Origin: Balanoglossus misakiensis
Lineage: Eukaryota > Animalia > Hemichordata
Direction of reading: 5' to 3'
DNA length: 64,000 bases
Assembly: GCA_040954595.2 (NCBI GenBank)
Contig: CM082589.2
Span: 710,988-774,987, forward strand
Shown: positions 52,601-64,000 of the stretch, in pieces
Layout of the letters: the number at the start of each line of letters is the position of its first letter
How positions within the stretch are numbered: the stretch's first letter is position 1
Translations under genes and position numbers: made by a program
Notes under the pieces: model-generated
Databases searched by the model: none
What the model was told of the DNA's origin: nothing
The model's input: the letters and a program-made list of their open reading frames with translations, nothing else

Positions 52601-55600
52601 TTATCGATTCCTGAAATTCTTTATGCAGTGTGAAAATCCTGTGCGCATTGTCACATGCGTTCACAAAGGAAAAACAAAACAATTACGCAACTGCTGGATT
52701 CTTCATGTCTTCGTTTGTTTTTATCAAATTGCGTATGACCGAAAGTACGGAATTGATGAAATTATACAAAATCAACTGGTGATGGCTGTCATTTTTTCTT
52801 CAAAGATCGTCATTAATTAGATGACCCGAAGCCAGATTTAACGGGACGGTTCTGAATTACACTGAAGTATGTCGGACAAAAGATGATAGATGGCTTTGGT
52901 CTCCAAAGGGCGCCCCCACTTAGACCGAACAATAGTGTCCACGTACAGCTCGACAAGATGTCGATGTATACACAGACCTGTAAGACATTTATCTTACTTG
53001 ATCGCTAGCAACCTGACAACCCAGCAGCCCATTGCAGGTCATAAAAGCACGGAGAAAACTGAAAACGTGTTTGTTTCACGGCAGACCCCCGCGTCATTGA
53101 TGTTCACATCTTCATTTATCACGTCCACATTTTCCTTCCCCTTTATCGGTACTTAATGCACATTTGTGTGCGCTGCAAAAGACACGGACATGTACGTGTC
53201 TCAGAGATTTGTTTTACATAACCTGTGACACTCCTATCCATAATAGAATTCCCGCAAATCATTAAGTTCTATGATTGCAGTTTTAAACAATGTTTTTGAA
53301 AAGTCTACTTCTTGTGAAGCTGTTGCAGTGAGATGTCGACTTTTTTTACCCATAATGCAGTTAAAATACCCCCTAGCATGAAGTAGAATTGGCACCGTGC
53401 ATGCTCCCGATACCGTACGACCGATATATGAAAAATCCATGCATCTCGGATTTTAAAAATATCCTTATTTCAAGTTACCCTACCTGTTTTAAGCAATTAA
53501 ATGCCCGAAACCTTAAATTATGCATTCGGAGATCAGGTTTTATGCATCAGTTTCCATGACAACTCTGAAACATGACAACGGGATGTAGTTTCACTTAGTC
53601 GCAAGTATCTATGTCTGTCGATCGTTTATTTGCCTCGATGCAATCGACCCGTTTACATCAGAAACTTTGAAGTGTGTGTCTGTGTGGGAGGGGGGGGGGG
53701 TACTCTCAAGCTTGTTTGATGTTAGACACCGACATTGACACAGGTTTTCCTCGGAAGTTAGGGCCTTTTAGGTAACTCGAAATAAAACACATTCACTATG
53801 GCTATTCTGTTGACGTTAAACCCACATAATTTCAAGATAAAATTATATGTTAGCTCAATGCATGTAGTCAAAAAGGCATATAATAATTTGATCAATTTTA
53901 CCCACTGTCTATCCAGTTTTAGCTTACAAGTGTGTGTGTCCTATATATTCAGTATCGAAGCAAACAGAGACTTGTTGAGGAAGTTCCCTCAGCTGAGCCA
54001 AACAACTGACTGTGGCCAAACCTACAGAGAAATCTCGCATAATGATAAGACGGAAAATAGGACAATAGTGCATGATATTTCCACAATGCACCATTGGGCA
54101 TTACATAGAAATGCGATCCTTATTATTAAAACTGAATATTACATGATGATGAAGAAAATGTTGCATTTATCGGTAATTGCTCTATCAACCCTACGAGCTC
54201 CCATCACTCTCCGGCGCCTTGCCTGCTTATCCAAATCCACATCTGTCCTTTTTAATCAAAAATTCTGCAACAAAGAAGGTTTATTATAAATAATTATTAT
54301 ACCGGGAATATCCGGTGAATTCACCGCTCGTGCCTTTGGAGGGAAACACTTGATTTTTGCGGGAACATCAATCTGAATATGTGCGTATTAAATTTCTCCT
54401 CACATCCCTCTCTGGAAATGAAAGTTCTTACGATGTAGCAAGAGTCTAATGACATAGTAGTAAGAGATTATGTCTTCATAATACGGCATTTTCTTTTTAC
54501 TAGATTACCTTGTATAGGTCTTATAGAAACCAATTAAATTGCTATTTGAAATCAATGCCACGGATATCTTGGCCTTAACGACAATCGTAAAATACTCTAT
54601 AACCCCAGGTGAGTTTTATGCATATAAAATCCTCAAACAACTACAATAACGACGTTACTGATTCGAAAGTGAAGAGTTACATGGTTAAATATATGCATTG
54701 ACCTTTACCCTTTGACCGGTTTCCCAGAATTCATCTTCTGCAGGTCACGAGGTTATGTTTATTTCCGGTGGCAGACGACACGTCTGTCTTCTTGTCGTTA
54801 AGGAGTAAGCTGTTATGGTACAAATATTTAAAATAGTAAGACCATTCAAGATTGAACAAATTAAGTGGGACAAGTAGGACACATCCGCGCCGTTTATAAT
54901 ATAACGGAAGAATTAATTTTTCGTTTGTGCGAACACGTGGGACGCGTGGAGAAACCCGGTAGCCTAGCTACTCACGCTCGTTCTCGCGATTTCACACACT
55001 GTGTATCAGGTGTTTCAGACATTCATGTTAGTCGCGGTTGCTCCGTAGAAGCGTTAAGGAAGGAATAACACATCCCTCCATCTGTGTGACATTTTCAACG
55101 ACTAAGAGATATATAACCTCGCTCATGCTCAATGTTGTTAGCGGCAGTTGACACGAGACACTCTGGAGGAGAGGACGATCAGGCGCACAAGACACCGAAC
55201 TGGTAAGAGAAATGTTTGCCATGAAAACCGTTCTATAATCTTACAGGTTGTAAGCCATAGTGAAACCAAGCAATGTATATTTCTATGCTTTTCGATCTGG
55301 CAAATGCAAAAGTCAACCACATTCCTATTCATCATCTACATTCACGTCCTTGACCGTGTCCACCAACTACCCATATGTGTGGTTGCACAGAAACAGACCG
55401 TATACTCTAGTACTAAATATAACGAAACATGCGTGCGAGATTTTTATTTTAGGTGCCAGCAAGCTACAATCAGATATCCCACCAGTTTCATTTTGTGAAC
55501 TCTTTTTGACTTCAGGATTAGACCCTCGTCTCATAATTGTTAATATTTAATAGAAGCTGGATTAATTTTGTGTACTTTCCCTTGCATTAGGGCTATATTA

Positions 55601-58600
55601 TCTAAGGTTTTCCATTATGTGAACGCAACAGGTAATAAGGATGACGGTGACGTCATCACATCAACCATATCAGAAATTTATGCTTCTCACGACAGACAGG
55701 CAGTGTTAAACATACATTCACATTTATGACTGTATCCGTTATGCAAAATTATACATTAATATCGACCAGAGGATTATGCAGTCGTGAGTTCTACTATCCA
55801 TTCTGCCTCTAGGGTATTCATCGTAACACTTGACGGCAATTTAAAGGAGCTTCAAATACGACACGGATGTAATAGACAGTGAGTTAATCGATGCACATCA
55901 TCTGAATATAAGCACCAACTGAAAACACTAATACATCGGAATGATTGATTTTAGAATGCTATTTGAAGACATTAAAGTCATAATGTTAACGTTTCCTGAA
56001 TAGCAACCCTGACTTACATCTGAAGGAATCAATTTGTGAGGTCGCCTGAACGAGAATGTAACTGGCTGTCGTTATTATTATTTCTTTAGTACCAAGAAAA
56101 AATCAACCACGAAAGCTATTTTGAGATCATCAGCAGAAATAGCCCTCCTCCACGCCCCCTCAAAACGATCACGTGACTAAATTTGATTCTCTGTCTTCCT
56201 TCATTGACTACCAGAGGACGTTGGCAATCACGCAAGTGGTCGTCCTTGCAGACTTCCCTTTGAATTCTCATCCCACGTTCGTTCAGTCGCGAGGTTTGTT
56301 CCTCTCACGTCACAAGGCAGATTTCACTTTCTCAGAAGAATGAAGCACCCCGTGTCTCACGGCACTAACTGTGATTTTCCGTATCGTCCTTGAATTCCCA
56401 TGATATAACACCCACAACTTTTCTGTAGTCACCAGTCAACGTGATCAAATCTAGACCAGAAAGATCCAGCCTCTACCGGCCATGACCACGGATTGAGCGA
56501 TTGCGGACATATGTTCACACGTAATTACCTGTTTACAGCTAAAATGGATTTTACTCAAGGGATTTTTATGATATCATGTCGTTTACGGAATAGTCCGACG
56601 TAATCGTGACGTAAGACTTTCAACAGAGGGTGATTACATCATCAGTTATCGTCATCACAAACTGCTTACGATCACATGTGACGTTTGTCCGGATGTGCTG
56701 ATCAGTTTTCTTATTCTGTGTGATATCTACATCGAAATCGACGGTCTCATTATTGCTTGTTTCACTGCAGTGATTCATATCGGCACACTTTCAAGCTTTA
56801 TCGCCCCTTTTCGATCAGACGGTAGCCACGATAGGGATCTCATAAACACAGCTTTAACGAAATACATCCGCACAAGGAAACAGTGCCATTTGAGCGTACT
56901 AATACAAGGCGTCACGCGGAATTAAAATAGTACGCGCATCGGGGACAGATTTTCAGTAAAATTATGGTCCCCTTAACCTTTCAGTTCTTTTGTCCTTTTG
57001 AAAACAATGAAGAAAATACGGTGTTTGCCGTCTTATTTTTAAAATTTTAAAATATCACCAATTTAACGGCTGTCGAATATGTGTCAGGTGGGCATGATGG
57101 CACCTGAACGAGCAAGACCTGTCAGAATGATCACATTTTTCTGATATATGATATCAGGTTGTCATTACAATTCTGCAGCGCCAGATCGAATTTCTGATTT
57201 TAAATCTCACTAATGCAGGTTTCACAAAACCCCTTTTCAGCCATAATTATTTTCAGCCAAGAGAAAGTGAAATCAGCTGACTTAGCCTCAGAGACAGCAT
57301 TGGTTGTCACTACCGTTGTTATATGGGTGACTGCATTAATCTTTGCTGTTTCCCCTGTCATAATGACCCCTATTTTGTTGCCCACAGATATTTAAGACTT
57401 TAGGTACCGGTGGTCGTATATTTCCAAGAAACGATCCTCACGTAGCAGTGAGTAATAGTTTAGCAGGAATAAAATGACGTTAATGTACTCTTAGGGATTT
57501 GTAATGGACTCTGAACCGGGCAGTTATACCATGTAATCGGTTCAAAGCTATGCCAACACCCGTTATGTTGTCATAAACTGTCCCCCTGGGTACTTAATTG
57601 CATGGCATGCCGGGTATATCATCGTATAAATGCCCGGATGTCACATGTGTGCCCAACACGCTACATTTGTCTTACCGAGGCTCTTTTAACACATTGGCCG
57701 CCCATTTCCCAATAATCATCAGCAGTGAGGTGAACCAGCGTCAGATCCACACAGTCGGCTAAATTCCTGTGGCTGAATCTGTTATTTATCGTTAGATACT
57801 ATAGTTTGTATTTTTGTCATTTTAATTTCTTGGAAAATTGAAGTTATTAGCTTGTCAAGACCATAACATGGTGAATGCATGAGCATTCTATAAACAGAAC
57901 GGAAGAATCTGCAGTGAGATAGTTCGTGGGAACGAGAGTCATAAATATGATACCCTGCTGTCGACAGGAAGCCATTTTGCTTCTTTGAACTGAGTTGAAA
58001 TAATGTGAACACCCGGTTACGGACTCTGATCAAGGAGACATTATTTTGCGAAGCTTGAAGTAATGTTGATTTTTGCTTTTCCGAGGAAAACCAATTTTAC
58101 TATGATTCATTCCTCTCGCATTACTATGTCTTCCAGGAAACTAATCTTGAAATGTCGATATCGTGGACACTCATGTAAAAGAGTACATTCGTTGCAAACA
58201 TAAGGTTACTTTTGGGCAGTAGCTGATTCTGAGAGCGCCCTCTGCTGTGCCGTGTGCTATAAATAAGATTGACATAGCCTCGACTTTCTTGTTATCACCA
58301 ATATTGCTTGATTTGTTGTTTTCGAGAAATTATGGCTCATATAATCAGGAATGGGCGATCATTTTGAGTTCATGTCATATAATTCCGATTAAAGGTTATA
58401 AATGAGTCGACAAATACTTTGTTTGTAATGTACTTTCATTTCTGCCTTTGTCTACACTATCATTATTCTTTTTTATTCATCGACACAGTTTACAGAGGTA
58501 ATATAAGAGCTCCTTACCAAGATTGTCCATGAGAAGTGACGGGACAGAAGTACGCATGTGCAAGTGTGGATATCTCCGTCTATCGGTGAAATGTCATTCT

Positions 58601-61225
58601 TCTGGAAGGTAAGATGTGCTATGGTTTAAGTGATTTCTGGAACACGATGCCCGCGACAACGCTTTTCATTTGATACCTTAACGTAGATGGCGCTTGTCAG
58701 CAAAGCAAGTGTACACAGGCGAGAACCACAGCTGTAATTGATGCGGTAAAAAGTACACTTTAATTTGTCACGCTAGAATGACGCTGAAATCGACCATGCA
58801 ATCGTTCGTGAAATGCACATACAATTACAAGTCCCACAAACATATCGTTCGCTCAATTGCCCAAAGTATACATTAGGAAATCGCAGAGAAGCTTTCATCT
58901 GTACACGAATCTTATCGTTGTTCGAAGTGTCTTCAAGGAATTAACTTGACGTGCCAGATAACAAGAATCCACTTCAAAAATTGCATCGCGATTACAAACA
59001 AGCTTGAGATCATTCGATGTTCTCTTTACTTGATGAAACATGAACATGAGACTCTTCTGAGTCAATTAAAGTTGAGAATGATGCGCATTAACTCTTAAAT
59101 AACAGAATTCCCTTCAATTTCTTACTTGTGCTCTTTTCCTAATTTTTGAGATGAATTTAACCGATCAAAAATCAGCCATTCCTTGCCGTAGGCATTACAT
59201 TATTTCAAATTAAAAAGTGTGCATATTCGTAAAAATGGAATAAAACACAGTAATTGTCGTTGCGAGCTTTTTATTCAATTACTTAATAGAACATGATGTA
59301 TTAATTACTTCCTAAACTTATGACTTTGTGAATTGCTGAACTCTCATTTTCTGAATTCTGTAATATTTGCCTCGGCGGTTTATTTTAAAGACGAAACCGA
59401 AACGTGATCAATTCAGTTGATTCTGTCTACCGTGTTTCATGGCCAACTGCTTCAGGACAATTCTTCTGCGCAATCGGCGCTTTTACTGTGATTACAGGAT
59501 TATGATGATATCTCAGTGATTATCAAACAAGAACTGTGGAAAGAATGAAAAATAAAAACATGTAGAGACACTTTTCCCTGCGTATCTGCATTAGTTATCA
59601 AATGTTTCAATCAGTGTTGCATTTCAGCAGGGACATTAGAGTTGTGTTACACGACCTTGTTTTCTTGTCACTGAATCCATAGGAATCACGAGCTCAGTAA
59701 ATAGACTTCTACGAATCTTTTGATAAGCCTGGGTAATTTGCAGTTATATGACGCAAGTAGTGTGTTTGATAACATCCCTCTATAGGTAACCACATACTGT
59801 AGCAGACCATTTAGATTTCTTCTTTATTGGTGTCATTAGTGACGTCACTAGTCAGGTGTAATACTGTTCGTTTCATGTTTACTTAAAGATATTTTAAATA
59901 CGTCATTTTATGTTGAAAAATGTTATCTTGTCTATTTCCAATTTAGGTCATCAATATGTGTAATATTGAAGTCAAGGTCGATTTAAAATTTTACCTTGAT
60001 AATTATGTGAATTTTGGGCAGACATGTAGTTTCTCTTAACCTTGACAAACGTGACATATTCTAAAAGACGTTAGCTTAGCTCAGACTGGGATACTTTTGT
60101 AAAATTGCCTGTCTGTATGTAATATTCTATCTCCGGTAAAATATGGCACCAGTAATGGTTTTGATGGCGTTTTATTACTGAGATGCAAGTGCCAGGATCT
60201 GTACTCAGCGCAGGATTGATTATTGCTGAACATTAAATGTGTTGAGGTTCAAAGGTTCACTGCACGAATCACGACAAACAAGAAAGGCCCGGCAGACGAT
60301 ACGTATCGCTTTGAAAGCAACGCTTTATAGCACACGGTGCCACAATCCGATTCAAAATAGAAACATTTAGAATCCAGGTATACCATCGAACACGCATGCG
60401 TCAATTCTCCAGTTTCGATTTCGTGTGCAAACTCAACGCAAAGCGCTGTCGAATCAGCCAATAAGGTCTTAGTAGCCGATTGCCAGAAATACCCTGCAAG
60501 CTACTTGTAGGCTGTGTCAGCATTGTCGCGACAGGCTTCCATGGCACAGCGAATGATTTCATCGCACGAGGTTTAGCACGGACCAAAAAACCGCGATGTT
60601 TGTCGTACAGCTGGGTTCCGGACGCAGGCGAAGTTCACCGAACACGCGCTTTTTGACTGTTGAGTGTAGTCAGGTAAAAAGTCGATTTTTGTGTTTTTAC
60701 TCTCCTGTAACTCTACATGTAGGAATAACAGTTAAAGTGTGTGGCAGTTTTTATCAAGAATGTGATTCACGCGTGATCTGGTAACAGGACACGTTCCCTT
60801 TCATTATGAATGCGTCACACATCACTGAAGCGATGAAAGTTGTTGAGGTGTGTTCTGTTGTGAAAGCAATAATTGCCTTCTTCATCTCATAATTTGCTCC
60901 AAGAACTATCATCCTGTAGAACTATACTTATTGGATTTGGTACGAGAAGCCTTATGCTGCTTAATATCGACTTTTATTATTTTTATTTGACGTGCTGTTT
61001 GTTAGTCAATAATTTTCCTCGCAATACGAGTCGTCTGTTGTAAATTGGCATTTCCTGCTTTGTATTCAAATTAATAAGAGCTTGCGTTGCATCGGTGTCG
61101 CATTGATTGAGTCACGGATTGAAACTGGGGACGATGGTATGATATGAAAATAGAAAGTAGTGTGGGTAATTTGTCGGATAACACCGAGATATTGACTGAC
61201 GCGCTATGTTCTGGTTCGTCTCCAG

Positions 61226-61407
61226 ATTGTAAAATCCTCGTCTTCTCACGAGGTAGGCAGCCGCTCATCAACGGGACCCGAAGCCGCGCGGAATCCATCA
61301 ATGCCCGATCTCAAACTCGATCATTTAACCCAGGAAGAAATGGCAATTCTCCAGAGAGTTTTTGATAAACAAGAAGCGTTCGAGACTGCAGAAGAAGAAA
61401 GAATCAG
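61226..61407 (+). CDS. Exon encoding the N-terminal Rab-binding helix (Slp-homology/RabBD) of a Rab3/Rab27 effector (synaptotagmin-like/MyRIP/RIM class); gene continues beyond window
   Basis: Acceptor TTCGTCTCCAG at 61225. ATG 61301 gives MPDLKLDHLTQEEMAILQRVFDKQEAFETAEEERI(R), matching the pattern DLSHLTEEE..I..V.......EEER of RabBD helix 1. Phase-2 donor CAG/GTGGGT at 61408. It is missed by the ORF track. Confidence 0.7.
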
Positions 61408-63409
61408 GTGGGTGTCACTGCATCCACGCAGGCAATATTTATTCCGGCGTTAGAGAGCGAAAACTTCCCTCTTCAAACTTTATCGCATTTTCATGTTTTC
61501 TGTGATCTTTTGTATGGCTGTGTTCTTGAACTTGTAAGACATGCGCACGCGAAATTTACCCCTAAAACCCCATAATTCAATTTAGGTCAAACTTGGCATT
61601 TGCAACATTTATGCGTTGACTTGCAAGGTAGTTGACATGCAGGAACTCGTTCCCTATATAATGGACATATTTTCTTCCATATCGGGAACCGTGTTGCGTT
61701 TCATGATATCGTGATGTACCCATCCCTACAGGTCATTGCTAAAAGACAAAATCGAATACTCGAATTTCTAGATTATGATCTTCTGACGTCAAAACTCAGT
61801 TGGGATGTAGGGTTACACTAACTAGTAAATGTACACTGTTAATTTAAGTGCAGACATCATTATATAGCTAATGGAGGTTTAAAATAACGTTAAACATTTT
61901 GGTTGCATTTTCATTGGGTATATGAGTTTCTCATTCTCTTAGACGCCATTCATGACCATGAACTAACCAGGGGGTGTCTGAGTGAGATTAATACTCTGCA
62001 CGATTATCATGTGAACTCAAAGGGTACCTCATCAAATTGGTCTATATTATCTCCACATGAGCACCTGTTTAGCAGGTTAAGGGGTCATCCATGAGAGGTT
62101 TCCTATAATCATATGAACACAGGGGAAGCTCATTGAGTTGCCACCGCCACTAAATGAGAGACGTTCTTCTAGTTACGTTATCCGCTAATCACAAAATGTC
62201 CGCACCATTTTCTGCCAATCCAGGAAGCTGTTTCAGTTGGCCGTCATTCGGTTTCAACCAATCAGCAAATGCGTATCTTACAGATCGGAAATCATTCACT
62301 GTAAGGCAAGAAACAAATGTGTATCTCTCAGTTCTTCAACACCCGATGAGCAAATGTTAATCTCATTGAGTTGCCCACTGTATGTTATCGTGTAATTGCC
62401 TGTGTATTGTTCTAGGGTAACAATCATTATAGGGAATGCGTATTCCATGAAAGTGCCAGGAAAAGCACGCACAAGGAGACAGTAGAATGAAATAATGAAA
62501 AGAGAGAGAAGGGGAAATGAAAGCGACGTGATTATGCAGTCCTATTAAATCAATCTCACGTATAATAACACCCCTTGACAGGCAACTTCACCTCGTCTTT
62601 GCAAACAGTCGATTCTATTTTAAAACGTGTTAACGGCACAGTACAACGCAGCGTACTTGTTTCCTTCTACGTCATTAGATGGTTACGTAATATGAACGTT
62701 AATTAGAGTGTTCCTTATTCAGTCAAGAATCATCAGCTGGCAATGCGAGTCGTATTATGTTTCGCAACGTGAAATAAAATAACCACGCAAATTTTGCTTA
62801 AGACGGTTCATGAAATTAAAGGAAAATATCGGATTGGTACAATACTTTATCTGAGACTTGTATATATTGGGGAAATTGTTTCCTTTCATTTTTTAAAAAT
62901 GGCATTAACCCCTCATTTAAATCAGCAACATCCTGAACGTTATGTGAAAATCGTGTAGACGAGAGAAGTGAACGTATTCGTTGCCAGGGAAACTGATGTA
63001 TAATTGTCGCCTATTTTGTCCGCTCGCATTGTCAGCAGAGTTGATTCTAAGATTAAAGTTTTATGTTTGGCGAAATCGTTTTGATATGCCGGGAAGTACA
63101 TGTATATCCCTTAGGCGCGCTTTGTATATGACACAAAATCCAGGCTTTATGAGCTGAATATTATACAAGCACACATATGTGCCACTAGGATTTGCAGACA
63201 TCATAATGAATGGTAAATCTACTTCCCGACTCTAAACGCAAAGTTAACTAAGCCAATGATTGCACTCTAATTAGCTTAATAAAATATGAGTTGCATCGAT
63301 ATTTCTGTACTAATCGCTCTAAACGATTGTGTAAACATCGAATCTGCGATGTTTGTGGAACATTTGTGTCGATGATCATATATTAGCGGTAGTCTGAAGG
63401 GAATATTTG

Positions 63410-63585
63410 CAAATGGGAGGCCATTTTGAAATTCAAATTTGAGGTAATTTTTGCTCTTTCATTCGAATTATTTCTCTGTGACCTCAATGTTTTATTCTCA
63501 GTTGTAAGAAAGGATTACTAAAGTTACCGGGAGCAAAATCTGAGAAAATGTTTGAGGCTGATTTTCAAAGTGCGATCTACTTTAA
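63410..63585. repeat. Degenerate fragment of a dispersed TTAA-ended repeat
   Basis: Ends in ...GTGCGATCTACTTTAA, whose reverse complement (TTAAAGTAGATCGCAC) resembles TTAAAATAGTACGCGC at 56922. The family assignment rests on pattern recognition only. Confidence 0.35.
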
Positions 63586-64000
63586 GAATACCACCTAGAG
63601 AAGTAATATCGTGCGCCGTCTGAAGCAATAACTATTACAGGCACGCAGTAAAGAGCAGAGTATAGAGGAATGTAAAACAATAAGTTTCCCATAAAACATC
63701 AAAGAAGGAAGCGACTTGTATCAATACGCCAGTGATATGCACAATAAAGGGCCTCATTACTCACAAATGTATATCTACGCCGCAGAGAGAAGACGTTTGT
63801 TCTCATCTCGTATTATACCTGGGATTCATTTATTCAACAATTCATTTCTTTGGTCGATTAGTGGTAGATCAATTTGCAGTCTAGAACGATAAATCGATGG
63901 AAAATGACATGTGTGTAGTTCAAACGGAGTTTGAGGTACAAGTGTTACAGATATGGGACAGAAGAGTATCTGATAATGTTCTTGACATTTCTGTTATATG

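Noticed and set aside
53798-54289. 163-aa ORF
   Set aside because: No recognisable domain or splice context; composition typical of non-coding AT-rich DNA.

Overview
AT-rich, intron-containing animal genomic DNA, probably an invertebrate deuterostome (hemichordate-like; this is inference, not verified). I assembled the multi-exon genes by hand from GT-AG boundaries and checked frame continuity. The first 33 kb is gene-dense: (1) an intronless Lys-rich orphan ORF (2594-3466); (2) a 7-exon secreted 319-aa protein made of a signal peptide, a short helix and three PCSK9 C-terminal/resistin-like Cys modules, with no protease domain (4330-7187 +); (3) an 11-exon IQ motif and ankyrin repeat gene, IQANK1-like (7549-12026 -); (4) a 2-exon Kv2/Shab potassium channel (14377-20204 +); (5) a 5-exon 'mini-IQANK1' paralog with only the Lys/Ala/Pro N-tail and the C-terminal domain (23424-25191 +); (6) a TINAGL1-like cathepsin-B-fold pseudoprotease with a tandemly duplicated somatomedin-B exon (26247-33045 -). 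The region from 33 to 64 kb is mostly non-coding. It holds several promoter-like or first-exon clusters and one Rab-binding-domain exon (61226-61407 +) of a gene that continues past the window. MITE-like inverted-repeat elements, a long hairpin downstream of Kv2 and microsatellites are also present. The best novelty candidates are the stand-alone PCSK9-CHRD-like secreted protein and the full-length/mini IQANK1 pair flanking Kv2.
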